A stretch of DNA of 36,822 nucleotides. Source: Porticoccaceae bacterium (GTDB lineage Bacteria; Pseudomonadota; Gammaproteobacteria; Pseudomonadales; Porticoccaceae). The stretch covers positions 1-36,822 of the forward strand of contig JBFJKD010000001.1 in the NCBI GenBank assembly GCA_041635095.1, written 5' to 3'. This document shows, one piece after another, positions 1 through 8,985 of the stretch (the first letter of the stretch is position 1; every line of letters starts with the position of its first letter). The notes beneath the pieces are model-generated. The model was given only the letters and a program-made list of their open reading frames with translations, was not told the origin of the DNA and did no database searches. The position numbers and the translations under genes are program-made.

Positions 1-53
1 GTGAAGATGGCAGTGGTGCCGTTTTTTTCATAGTTGACGCTGTCAAAACGCAT
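1..53 (-). CDS. 5' end of a CDS running off the left edge; N-terminus resembles the enoyl-CoA hydratase/isomerase (crotonase) family
   Basis: The reverse complement of 1-53 reads ATG CGT TTT GAC AGC GTC AAC TAT GAA AAA AAC GGC ACC ACT GCC ATC TTC AC, giving MRFDSVNYEKNGTTAIFT. A GGGAGAG Shine-Dalgarno (SD) sequence (+ strand 58-64) sits 4 nt upstream. The V-x-YE-x-x-G-x-x-A-x-I pattern is typical of crotonase N-termini. Only 17 codons are visible. Confidence 0.35.
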   Translation of the reverse strand, partial: MRFDSVNYEKNGTTAIF

Positions 54-238
54 GGTTCTCTCCCTTATATCGTTACTGTTTTTCAATCGGTAGCCAAATT
101 TTTTTGGCAGTCGATTTTGACCGTCAGTTGCAGTCAATCCTGTGTCAATCGGGTCAGGCCTGTTTTTGGTACGGCTAGCGCCTGTGGTTTAAATTGCCGG
201 GCCTGTTAACGAGGTGAAAAAAACAGGAGGACGCCAGG

Positions 239-3200
239 TTACGAAACAGATTTTCGGGCGTTTCGCGATTCAACAAAACCTTCCAGTAAAGAATACACCG
301 GCGGCACAACCGCCAGCGTTAGTAGTGTCGAGGAGATCATGCCGCCAATCACGGCCACTGCCAGCGGCCCATTGGTTTCGGCGCCAGCGCCGAGCCCCAG
401 TCCAGCGGGCAGCATGGCGAGAATCACCGTAAAAGAGGTCATCAACACTGGGCGCAGGCGAATTGGGCACGCCTCGCGCAACGCCTGGTGAATAGTTCTG
501 CCTCGCTGGCGATGCTGGTTGGTGATATCCACCAGTAAAATCGAATTTTTAGCCACCAGACCCACCAGCAGCACCAGCCCGATCATGGAGTACACATTGA
601 GGGTATGTCCGGTCAGCCACAGGGCGGTAATACCCCCAATCATGGCCAGCGGTTGTGCCACCATAATAATCAGGGGCTGTAGAAAGGAATTAAACTGACT
701 GGCAAGCACCATGTACAACAGCACCGAGGCCAGACTAAAGGCAAATATAATATTGTCCATGGTTTTGCCAAACTCTTCGGCTTCTCCCTTGAATTTAACA
801 TCGTAACCAATCGGCATGATTTCCCTGGCCAATGTCTCTACTTGTTTGACAGCGTCGCCCAGCGGTATTACAGGCGATGCGTAGAACGCGGCAGAATAAC
901 GCAGGTCAAAGCGCGCGATGGACGCCGGCCCGAGAATTTCGCGAAAGGACGCGATGGTATCGGCTCTGACCATGGCTCCGTCGCGGTGGCGCAGGTAAAT
1001 CCTTTTAAGGTCATCTCCGGACGTAAAAGAGCCGTCGGCTGCTTTTACGCGCACGTCGTAACGCTCCCCGTCACCGGGGTCGTCATTATATTTGGCAACA
1101 TCCGCGCCACCGATCATGAGGTTGATTGCGTTGGCAACATCCCTGGTAGTAAAACCCAGATCGGCGGCGCGCACTGCGTCTACTTCGAGCTGGTATTGGG
1201 GTAAATCCAGATTCAGATCCAGATCAACACGACCCAGTCCTGGGTCCGCGCTGAGCCGCGTGTGGAGTTCGTGGGAATATCGGGCAACTTCGTCCAGATT
1301 GGGGCCGGTAACAACAAATTGCAACGGTTCTCCGCGCATACCGCCAACCACGGGTACCGGTGCGGGAAATGCGCGAACTCCTGGCAGCGCAGCAAATTCC
1401 TGTCCCAGCACGGCCAGTAACTCCTGTTGGCTTTGGGTACGCTCTTCCCGCGGCACCATGCGCACAAAGCCGATGGCCTCGTTAATTTGCCGAGTACCGA
1501 TACCCACGGCGGTAAAGTAGCTTTGTACGGTGTCATTGTGGCTGGCGAGAATTGTTTCGATTTCGGCAAGGCGGGCATCGGTGTAATCGAGACCAGACCC
1601 CAGGGGGGTTTTTACAATCACCAGGAAACGGCTTTCATCTTGTTGGGGCGAAAATTCCTTGCCGATATCCATCAGAAAAAACGAGCAGCCGACGACGATC
1701 AACCCGGTGATGCCGATTGTAGTCCAGCGGAAGTTTAAAATTAGCCCCAGCAGTCGGCTATAGCCCGATTCGACCGCGCGAAACCCCCGTTCGAGCCACA
1801 GATAGACCCCCGACTGGTGTTCTTCTACCTGTAAAAAGCGCGAACAAAGCATGGGTGTTAAGGTCATGGATACGAACCAGGACGCGAGCACACCAAAGGT
1901 GACTACCACGGCGAACGATTCAAAAAAGCGGCCCATTACGCCGCCCAGAAAAATTACCGGCACGAATATAGAGACCAGCGAGAGAGTAGCCGCCAGGACT
2001 GGGAAAACCACCTCCGCAGTGCCATTGATAGCCGCGCTCATGGGATCCTTATCCACCGACTCTCGATGTCGGTAAATATTTTCGAGCACGACGATCGCAT
2101 CGTCCACCACGACACCAATCAGCAATAACAGCCCCAGCAGGGTCATGGTGTTCAGGGTCATATCCATAAAATAAATGACCGCCATGGCACCCAGCAAGGA
2201 TATGGGTACAGCGGTAGCGATAATCAGTGTGGAACGAATATTCTTCAGGAATATCCACACCACCAGGGCCGTCAACAGCGTGCCCAGAATCAGGTGTTCC
2301 TTCAATGCGTCGACCATCTCGACCACAAATAGCGAGTCATCGGACGAGATGGTGAGCTTCATGCCCGGTGGCAACTGTGGTCCAATTTCCTCGTCGAGGC
2401 GTCGCCTGACCTCTTCGATAATAGCGACGGTATTGGCGTTGGCAATCTTGATTAGACCGAGGCCGACGGTAGGTTCGCCGTTAAACCGCGCTAAACCGCG
2501 AGCGTCTTCGAGGCCGTCTTCCACATCCGCGATATCACGCAGTCGCAGCGGCGCCCCGTCGCGGTGGGCAATAACCAGATCCGCCAGTTGGCGCGGGTCG
2601 TGGTATTCCATATCGAGTTTTATGAGGTGTTCGTTGGTGCCCCCGACCAGAAATCCCCCGGGCATCATAAAATGCTCGTTGCGGATGCCGGCCACCACCT
2701 CGCTGCCGCTGATATTGAGGGCGGCCATACGCTCGGGTTTCAGGTTGACGCGTATGGTGCGCTCGCGCCGCCCTCCGATACGTATATTGCCGATGCCATC
2801 GACGGTTTCCAGATTCTTCTTCAGGGTGTTGATGGCATAGCTGTTGAGCTGTTGCAGGGTGCGATCGCCCTGTAATGAAATCCACATAATCGGCGAGGCG
2901 CCGATTTCAACCTTGGCGACAACGGGCGGTTCGGAATCTTCCGGTAACTGGCTGAGTATCTGGTTGACCTTGGCCTGCATTTCGTTAAAGGCCACTTCGA
3001 TATTTTTATCCAGATCGAATGTCACCACCACATTGGAAGTGCCCGGTGTGGAAGTCGATTCAATATGTTCGATACCAGGCACGCTGTTAACAGCATTTTC
3101 GATAATGTTGGTGATTGAGGCGTCGACCACGTCCGGATTCGCGCCCGGCATAATCGTGGTAACGGACACCAGGGGGAATTCAATGTAGGGGAAGCGGTCG

Positions 3201-3301
3201 ACACCAATGCGCTGGTAACCAATGATGCCGAACAATACCAGCACCGCCGACAACATGGTTGTCAGGACGTGACGGTTGATGGACAGCGATGGCAGGGTCA
3301 T
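239..3301 (-). CDS. RND efflux transporter permease (AcrB/HAE1-like inner-membrane pump)
   Basis: The 1020-aa ORF has the typical RND N-terminus (SINRHVLTTMLSAVLVLFGIIGYQRIGVDRFPYIEFP) and the size and hydrophobic architecture of a 12-TM RND pump. Its ATG overlaps the adaptor gene stop (ATGA at 3298-3301). Confidence 0.93.
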   Translation of the reverse strand: MTLPSLSINRHVLTTMLSAVLVLFGIIGYQRIGVDRFPYIEFPLVSVTTIMPGANPDVVDASITNIIENAVNSVPGIEHIESTSTPGTSNVVVTFDLDKNIEVAFNEMQAKVNQILSQLPEDSEPPVVAKVEIGASPIMWISLQGDRTLQQLNSYAINTLKKNLETVDGIGNIRIGGRRERTIRVNLKPERMAALNISGSEVVAGIRNEHFMMPGGFLVGGTNEHLIKLDMEYHDPRQLADLVIAHRDGAPLRLRDIADVEDGLEDARGLARFNGEPTVGLGLIKIANANTVAIIEEVRRRLDEEIGPQLPPGMKLTISSDDSLFVVEMVDALKEHLILGTLLTALVVWIFLKNIRSTLIIATAVPISLLGAMAVIYFMDMTLNTMTLLGLLLLIGVVVDDAIVVLENIYRHRESVDKDPMSAAINGTAEVVFPVLAATLSLVSIFVPVIFLGGVMGRFFESFAVVVTFGVLASWFVSMTLTPMLCSRFLQVEEHQSGVYLWLERGFRAVESGYSRLLGLILNFRWTTIGITGLIVVGCSFFLMDIGKEFSPQQDESRFLVIVKTPLGSGLDYTDARLAEIETILASHNDTVQSYFTAVGIGTRQINEAIGFVRMVPREERTQSQQELLAVLGQEFAALPGVRAFPAPVPVVGGMRGEPLQFVVTGPNLDEVARYSHELHTRLSADPGLGRVDLDLNLDLPQYQLEVDAVRAADLGFTTRDVANAINLMIGGADVAKYNDDPGDGERYDVRVKAADGSFTSGDDLKRIYLRHRDGAMVRADTIASFREILGPASIARFDLRYSAAFYASPVIPLGDAVKQVETLAREIMPIGYDVKFKGEAEEFGKTMDNIIFAFSLASVLLYMVLASQFNSFLQPLIIMVAQPLAMIGGITALWLTGHTLNVYSMIGLVLLVGLVAKNSILLVDITNQHRQRGRTIHQALREACPIRLRPVLMTSFTVILAMLPAGLGLGAGAETNGPLAVAVIGGMISSTLLTLAVVPPVYSLLEGFVESRNARKSVS

Positions 3302-4425
3302 GGTGCAACCGGTTCCGTGATGGACACCGGTGCGCCGTCGGTCAGGAAGCCGGCGCCATTAACCGCCACCATTTCCCCCGCCGAGATACCCGCTCTTATT
3401 TCCACCAGCTCACCCATGTGATGACCAACCTCGACCACTCTTTGCCGAGCGGTATTATCGGTAATTGTATAGACCACATTGCCAGCTGGCCGCAGTACCA
3501 CGGACTGACTGGGAACGACGACCGCGCCCGCCCGGCGTCCAATGACGATAATTCCCGTGACGCTGCCACCGGGACGCCAGTTACCGGGGTTGTCGATCTG
3601 AGTCACCACGTCGATGGCGCGGCTATTGAGGCCCACTGTGGGTCGAATTTCCTGAATTTGACTGGCGATTGTTACGTCCGGGTTCAACGGCGACGTCAGG
3701 CGAATTTCCAGGCCACGCGATAGCTGGTCGGCCAATGTTTCCGGCAATGGCAGGCGTACGCGCAGACGATCGACGTTAGCGACCCGGAACAGGGGCGCGC
3801 CGACCTTTACGAAGTCACCGGGGCTGATTAGCTCCTGATCCACCACGCCATTAAAACGCGACGTAATAGCGGTCTTGTTAACGCCTCTACGGGATTGCTC
3901 AAGGCGCGCTTTGGCACCTTTCAGTTGTTGGTCGAGGGCGTCCAGTTGCGCGGTTACTTCGTCGAGGCGGTCGATGGATATGGATTTGGCCACAGCCAGA
4001 TCCTGGTAACGCTTCACGGTGCGTTGCTGATTGGCACGCAATACTTCGATCTGTGCGACGTCGGCCTGGGCTGCCTGTTCCGCAATACGGTAATCGGTGA
4101 TTTCCAGTTCGGCCAGCACCTGGCCAGCAGTTACCGAATCACCAATTTCAATCAGTACGCGTGCAATGCGGCCTTCGACTTCCGCGGCAATCTGAGGAAT
4201 CACCAGGCTCTCCAGTTCTCCAACGGACTGTTCGGTGATTTCTACATCGGCGGTTTGCGCTGCAAAGGTAGTAATGCGGGTCGCGCGCACGGCCGGTTGT
4301 TGCTCGCCCGCGCCTTCACTGGACTCTTCGCTACAGCCCGATAGCACCAGTAGCAGTACTGTCAGTGCGCCGAGGTTTGTTAGCAGTGCGCTGAGTTTAG
4401 ACGGGCCAGAAATAATTTTTAACAT
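3298..4425 (-). CDS. RND efflux periplasmic adaptor subunit (HlyD/MFP family), probable lipoprotein
   Basis: The 375-aa ORF has a signal peptide with a lipobox (LLVLSGC), followed by coiled-coil, lipoyl and beta-barrel type sequence typical of membrane fusion proteins. It is translationally coupled to the downstream RND permease. Confidence 0.9.
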   Translation of the reverse strand: MLKIISGPSKLSALLTNLGALTVLLLVLSGCSEESSEGAGEQQPAVRATRITTFAAQTADVEITEQSVGELESLVIPQIAAEVEGRIARVLIEIGDSVTAGQVLAELEITDYRIAEQAAQADVAQIEVLRANQQRTVKRYQDLAVAKSISIDRLDEVTAQLDALDQQLKGAKARLEQSRRGVNKTAITSRFNGVVDQELISPGDFVKVGAPLFRVANVDRLRVRLPLPETLADQLSRGLEIRLTSPLNPDVTIASQIQEIRPTVGLNSRAIDVVTQIDNPGNWRPGGSVTGIIVIGRRAGAVVVPSQSVVLRPAGNVVYTITDNTARQRVVEVGHHMGELVEIRAGISAGEMVAVNGAGFLTDGAPVSITEPVAP

Positions 4426-4618
4426 TCTTGAATATCCATCTTGAGTAGCTATCCCTCAATTGTGGCTCGTTGGATGGCTGTAACCGTGGTCAGGGTCAGG
4501 CAATTGACCAAGGGAGACGTGTGCCCGGGTCAGATTGCCCGTTGGAATTGTCTGGCGAGATAGCGATACCAGCGTGCTCACACTCCCGACCCGTCTACTA
4601 TTATCTACTACTAACAGT

Positions 4619-4636
4619 TACTAGCAGTGGCTAGTA
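4619..4636. promoter_or_regulatory. Perfect inverted repeat TACTAGC-AGTG-GCTAGTA (candidate operator)
   Basis: The repeat has 7-bp arms and a 4-nt spacer. It lies in the non-coding gap upstream of the RND operon. Related words are nearby: CTACTA (4595-4600), CTACTACTA (4605-4613) and TAGTAGC (4677-4683). Confidence 0.3.
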
Positions 4637-5380
4637 GCACATAATAACGTTTATCGAATGGGAAAGTTAAGTTTTTTAGTAGCTGACGGGTTTCGCTGGA
4701 TGTCGCCGAGGGTTTTGCGAGCGTGTTCACAGGCCGCTTCAAACGGATTCACGACCGGTTAGTGGATATCAGATAGATGTTCTTTCCGCACCGCTCCAGA
4801 GTGCTACACAGCCTGGCTAATTCGCTAGAATTGAGATACGCGCTACTGGGAACTAAAAGGGCTGGCAACCGTTTTGTGTGAGGCACTGGTATGGCGCACA
4901 ATCCCTGGTGACTAAAAGTACGCTGTACCACCAAACTTACTATCGGTGTGGTTTGCTCCAGGGCCATGCCTGGCGGCCCGCTGCACTGCAGGTGGCCGAC
5001 ATCCTCACCGTCGTTAGGCACCGTCCCCTGAATGTCTCAGGTGTTGTCGGCCGTTTTGCCACAGGCTTTAGCCTGTGCAGCCACATTCGGGTCTGGTCGT
5101 CCGGAACTGGCTTGGCGATTCAGTCAGGCAATACCGAACCTAAGCAATGAACGATGTGGTTGGCTGTCCCGTGGACCACTGATTGTACGGTTGTTACTCT
5201 TTAAGAAAACGGCCAGTTAAGAGAATGGCCATGGGGCGCACGAAAAGTTCGCCGGAAAACATCAAAATAAACGTGATATTCAGCAGGTTAAATTTTGAGC
5301 AGGCGCTGTGGTTCGGAAAAGCAACTCAGGCAAGTGTGGTTGATTTACATCATCGTCCGATGATTGACGACTTACCCAAA

Positions 5381-5397
5381 AGTAGTAAGCTACTACT
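5381..5397. promoter_or_regulatory. Perfect inverted repeat AGTAGTA-AGC-TACTACT (candidate operator)
   Basis: The repeat has 7-bp arms and a 3-nt spacer. It belongs to the same word family as the 4619-4636 palindrome and lies about 235 nt upstream of the hydrolase start. Confidence 0.25.
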
Positions 5398-5631
5398 CGT
5401 TGGTAGAAATTGTTGCGCTCCGATAAAAATTTGTGCTTGAATCGGGACGTCAGTTCACCGCGATGGCAGATTTATTCGGTCATTTCATCAGTGGGCGATT
5501 GTGCGCGCTTGGGGTTCTGTAAGGTGGACAAGCGATATTGAGGGCAGTTAGGCCCTGATTGTTTACAACCTGCTTTCACTCTGGCGCATTCGCTATTACT
5601 TAATATTCACTTTAGCGTAGGGGAAAAACCA

Positions 5632-6426
5632 TTGGCTACCTGGAAAGAAGAAACGCTCAGTGTCGCCGGAACGGAGTTGGTTATGATCCGTGGCGGCGCT
5701 GGTAAACCATTATTGGTTCTGCACGACGAGTTGGGGTACACCGGCTGGATGACCTGGAATGAGGAGCTGGCGAAACATCGCGAGTTGATTATTCCACTGC
5801 AGCCGGGCTTTGGTAGAACACCGAAGCTGGACTGGATCTGGCGGCATCGCGATCTTGCCGGGTTTTACGGTAATGTGGTGCGCGAACTGAAGCTTGGTAA
5901 AGTCGATGTGCTGGGTTTTTCTGCGGGGGGCTATGTCGCGGCGGAGATGGCAGCGGCGAATCCTGAGATGCTGGCCAGTCTGACGCTGGTTGCGCCGATG
6001 GGCATAAAGCCTGACGAGGGTGAAATAGCCGAGATGTTTGGGGTCACCATCGGCAGTTATCTGCGCTCTACGGTTGCGGATTCAGCTTCGACGACGACGG
6101 AATTTTCCAAAATATATGGCGGCGAGATGACGCCCGAGCAATTCGAGATGTTCGAGGATGCGCGCGCGGAAAGTGCACGCATTGGTTGGGAGCCGTACAT
6201 GTTTAACCCCAGTTTACCGGAGCTGCTGCGCGGTGCCCGCACGATTAACCTGCCGACACTTCTTGTGCGTGGCGACCAGGACAGAATTGTTCCTCAGGGC
6301 TGTATAACCAGTTACAAAAAGGCGTTGCCACAGGCGCAGGTAGTGAGTATCAAAGGCGCGGGTCATCGCCCGGAAATCGAAGACAGCGCGGCGTTTGTCG
6401 GCGCCGTTAAAAAATTCCTGGGTTAA
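5632..6426 (+). CDS. alpha/beta-fold hydrolase
   Basis: The 264-aa ORF has a TTG start with GGGGA 8 nt upstream. It carries a nucleophile elbow G-F-S-A-G-G (VLGFSAGGYVA), an Asp region (VRGDQDRIVP) and a C-terminal His (GAGHRPEIE), which together form a standard Ser-Asp-His triad layout. Confidence 0.85.
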   Translation: MATWKEETLSVAGTELVMIRGGAGKPLLVLHDELGYTGWMTWNEELAKHRELIIPLQPGFGRTPKLDWIWRHRDLAGFYGNVVRELKLGKVDVLGFSAGGYVAAEMAAANPEMLASLTLVAPMGIKPDEGEIAEMFGVTIGSYLRSTVADSASTTTEFSKIYGGEMTPEQFEMFEDARAESARIGWEPYMFNPSLPELLRGARTINLPTLLVRGDQDRIVPQGCITSYKKALPQAQVVSIKGAGHRPEIEDSAAFVGAVKKFLG

Positions 6427-6447
6427 GAATTTACAGAGGATAATTTC

Positions 6448-7776
6448 ATGCAAATTGCTCATTTTACCGAGCGCCCCGTGCGCTACATTGCCGAGGAACC
6501 GATTCTGGAGAATCGCGCATTTTTTGGCGTTTCCAATAAATACTTTGATCGCGAAAAGTCTGCCCACGATTACAATTTTTATCTCGACGAGGCCTGTTAT
6601 TGCGAGGAAGTTGGTTTTGACGCGGTGGCGATTAACGAGCACCATGGCAATCCGTTTTGCTCTGGCAATGTGATGAATGTTGAGGCGGCAATCCTGGCGC
6701 GCATCACGTCGAAAGTGAAAATTGTGTTGATTGGCAATCCGCTGCCAGTGATTAAACACCCCTTGCGGATGGCCGAAGAGCTGGCCACGATCGATACCAT
6801 CTCGCGGGGTCGGCTGGTTTCCGGTTGGGTGCGCGGTGCGGGCAGCGAACAGTTTTTCAATAACGCCAATCCGGCCTATAACAGGGAAATGTTTAATGAA
6901 GCACACCAGTTTATTCTCGATGCCTGGACCAAAGATGGACCCTGGCGCTACGAGGGCAAACACTTCCACTATCGCCACGTAAATCCGTGGATTCGTCCTT
7001 ATCAGGATCCGTATCCACAGCAGTGGATACCCGGCGTGCTGAGTCCGGAAACCGTGCTGTGGTGCGCGGAGAAGCGCTACCCTTATCTGGGGCTTGGCAC
7101 CGCGCTTGGGCCGACCTGCGATCTGTGGGATATGTACGCTGACAAGGCTGCCGAGCTGGGTTATCAGGCGGGGCCGGAAAACTTTGGCTATTTGTTGCCG
7201 GTTTTTGTGGCCGACACCGACGAGAAAGCGCAGGAATTGGGCAAAGGTTTTATCTACGGTGGTGGACAAAACTCCTTCTCTCGTCCGGAGCACACGTTGC
7301 CGCCCGGGTACAATTCCAAAGCGGCGATTCGTATGCTGGCGCAACTGCCTGGCGGCAGCTGGCTGGGCGTCAGTAGAGAAAAAATGATGGCGAGCAAAGA
7401 CGACACCTGGAATGCCAGTGCCTTTGATGAATTGCGCGCAAAACTCATCAAAGGTTACGAAAAGGTACAGGAAACTATGCAGGTGGTGGTGGGTAGTCCA
7501 GAGACGGTCAGTAAAAAAATTAAGGATATTCTGTCGGTGATTCGCCCTGGTGTGTTCACCTGTTTCGCCGTGCAGGGTAATGTCAGCGACAAGGATCGCT
7601 TGCGTAGCGTCGAACTTCTGGGCAAGGAGGTACTGCCGGAGCTGCGCCGTTTTGCCGGTGAAATAGACTTGCCGGGGCCGTTTGAACGCAAACCTGGGTC
7701 AGTCAAGCTGGCGGCGGGCGCAAAAAGGACCGCGGTGTGCGACCGGGCGGCGTTGGAAAAACTCAATTTGCCCTGA
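6448..7776 (+). CDS. LLM-class (luciferase-like) flavin-dependent monooxygenase/oxidoreductase
   Basis: The 442-aa ORF has an AGAGGA SD. It begins with the LLM TIM-barrel N-terminus (GFDAVAINEHHGNPF ... ELATIDTISRGRLVSGWVRGAG). It starts 21 nt after the hydrolase gene. Confidence 0.85.
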   Translation: MQIAHFTERPVRYIAEEPILENRAFFGVSNKYFDREKSAHDYNFYLDEACYCEEVGFDAVAINEHHGNPFCSGNVMNVEAAILARITSKVKIVLIGNPLPVIKHPLRMAEELATIDTISRGRLVSGWVRGAGSEQFFNNANPAYNREMFNEAHQFILDAWTKDGPWRYEGKHFHYRHVNPWIRPYQDPYPQQWIPGVLSPETVLWCAEKRYPYLGLGTALGPTCDLWDMYADKAAELGYQAGPENFGYLLPVFVADTDEKAQELGKGFIYGGGQNSFSRPEHTLPPGYNSKAAIRMLAQLPGGSWLGVSREKMMASKDDTWNASAFDELRAKLIKGYEKVQETMQVVVGSPETVSKKIKDILSVIRPGVFTCFAVQGNVSDKDRLRSVELLGKEVLPELRRFAGEIDLPGPFERKPGSVKLAAGAKRTAVCDRAALEKLNLP

Positions 7777-7817
7777 TAGTCGAGTGCCGGTGCGGCGTGG
7801 GTCAAAAACTCCCATGC

Positions 7818-7850
7818 AAAAAAAAGGATGCCGAGAGGCATCCTTTTTTG
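7818..7850. terminator. Bidirectional rho-independent terminator
   Basis: The sequence is AAAAAAAAGGATGCC-GAGA-GGCATCCTTTTTT. A GC core stem (7826-7832 pairing with 7837-7843) is flanked by an A-tract and a T-tract. It lies between the convergent LLM gene (+) and SDR gene (-). Confidence 0.85.
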
Positions 7851-7899
7851 TTTGTCCGCAGTTCAACGCAAGGATTCAGTGCCGGGCGCGCCCCATAGA

Positions 7900-8664
7900 C
7901 TATTTGGCTTCGAGAGAAAAGCCTGCGGTCATACCGCCGTCGGCCACAAACTCCGAGCCGGTGGAGTAGGAGCTGTCGTCGGATGCCAGATAGGCCGCCA
8001 GGTTGGCCATTTCCTCGGGACGCCCAATACGCCCCAGTGGAACCGCTTTAAATGCGGCCGCCCCCTGGTTTGCCGACAGGCCTATATCGTCCAGTATTTT
8101 GGTGGCCACGCCGCCGGGATGAATGGAGTTGACGCGAATGTTATAGCGACCCAGTTCCAGGGCGGCAACTTTGGTCATGCCGCGTACCGCAAATTTACTG
8201 GCTACGTAAGCGGCTGCACCGTACATGCCGGTTAGTCCGTCGATGGAAGAAATATTGACGATCGATCCGCCGCCCGCTTTTTTCATGGCTGCCACCACAC
8301 TACGCATACCCAGAAAAACGCCGAGCTGATTGACATTGATCACGCGCATGTAGTCGTCGGTCGACGTATCCGCAATCGGTACCACTGGCGTAATAATGCC
8401 AGCATTGTTGACTAATACATTCAGTTTGCCAAATTTTTTCACGGTTTGTTTTACCACCTCGGCCCAGGCAGCCTCGTCGGTAACATCGAGGGACATGTAA
8501 GCCGCCGCCTTACCTATTTTCTCCGCCAGCTTTTTGCCTTCTTTATCTAGCACGTCACACAACATGACTTTGGCACCACGTGCGGCGAACAGTTTAGCTT
8601 CTGCGGCCCCCTGGCCGCGGGCGGCGCCGGTGATTAAAGCGACTTTACCTTTGAGATCTGCCAT
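7900..8664 (-). CDS. SDR family oxidoreductase (classical short-chain dehydrogenase)
   Basis: The 254-aa ORF has the TGAARGQG cofactor motif, NNAG, and a catalytic S...YVASK. An AAGGAA SD lies upstream. Confidence 0.9.
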   Translation of the reverse strand: MADLKGKVALITGAARGQGAAEAKLFAARGAKVMLCDVLDKEGKKLAEKIGKAAAYMSLDVTDEAAWAEVVKQTVKKFGKLNVLVNNAGIITPVVPIADTSTDDYMRVINVNQLGVFLGMRSVVAAMKKAGGGSIVNISSIDGLTGMYGAAAYVASKFAVRGMTKVAALELGRYNIRVNSIHPGGVATKILDDIGLSANQGAAAFKAVPLGRIGRPEEMANLAAYLASDDSSYSTGSEFVADGGMTAGFSLEAK

Positions 8665-8985
8665 GAGAAATGTTCCTTACAGTTTGTGGTTGGGGTAAAC
8701 AAAGTTCCGCCTACGCGGAGCAGTAACGGACAAATATCGAAACGCCGTAGCGCGGTTAATATAAACGGTCAGCTATACAGCCGTCACGCGGGGCGGGCTG
8801 CGAGCTGCGTACTCCGTCTAACCTGCACGGGCGCATTACTCGGCGGCTCCCGGACGGTTCGTCTTGCTTTGCCTCTAGCCCGATACCCGCCGCTCGGTCA
8901 ATAATAACTTGATTTGTTACCGAATGGTAAATTATGTAAAACTACGGTAACTGCAACGCATAATCGTACCCCTGGGGAAACGATA

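Noticed and set aside
4700-5230. Possibility of a known structured RNA (RNase P, tmRNA, 6S, group II intron domain V, tRNA) in the gap
   Set aside because: I found none of the conserved signature strings for these RNAs, such as a GGTTCGAATCC-type T-loop or a domain V hairpin. The GTACGG near 5185 lacks a complementary partner. Excluding an RNA properly needs cmscan.
4749-5440. Short ORFs (62-90 aa) in the 4.4-5.6 kb gap, including a 70-aa candidate starting MAMGRTKSS at about 5225
   Set aside because: They have no convincing SD. Their third-position composition is unlike the neighbouring genes. They overlap one another and show no recognisable motifs. I kept the region as a finding rather than calling genes.
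6214-7344. 376-aa minus-strand ORF antisense to the LLM monooxygenase gene
   Set aside because: It overlaps a gene with clear family motifs across its whole length. Its translation is Arg/Gly/His-rich low-complexity sequence with no recognisable domain and no SD. This is typical of a shadow ORF in GC-biased coding DNA.
8914-8985. N-terminal extensions in the ORF track (8914, 9959, 11743, 13711, 14076, 18218, 21461, 23039, 26365)
   Set aside because: These extensions overlap the preceding gene or lack an SD. Internal ATG or GTG codons with good SD spacing coincide with the start of family-conserved sequence, so I used the shorter coordinates.
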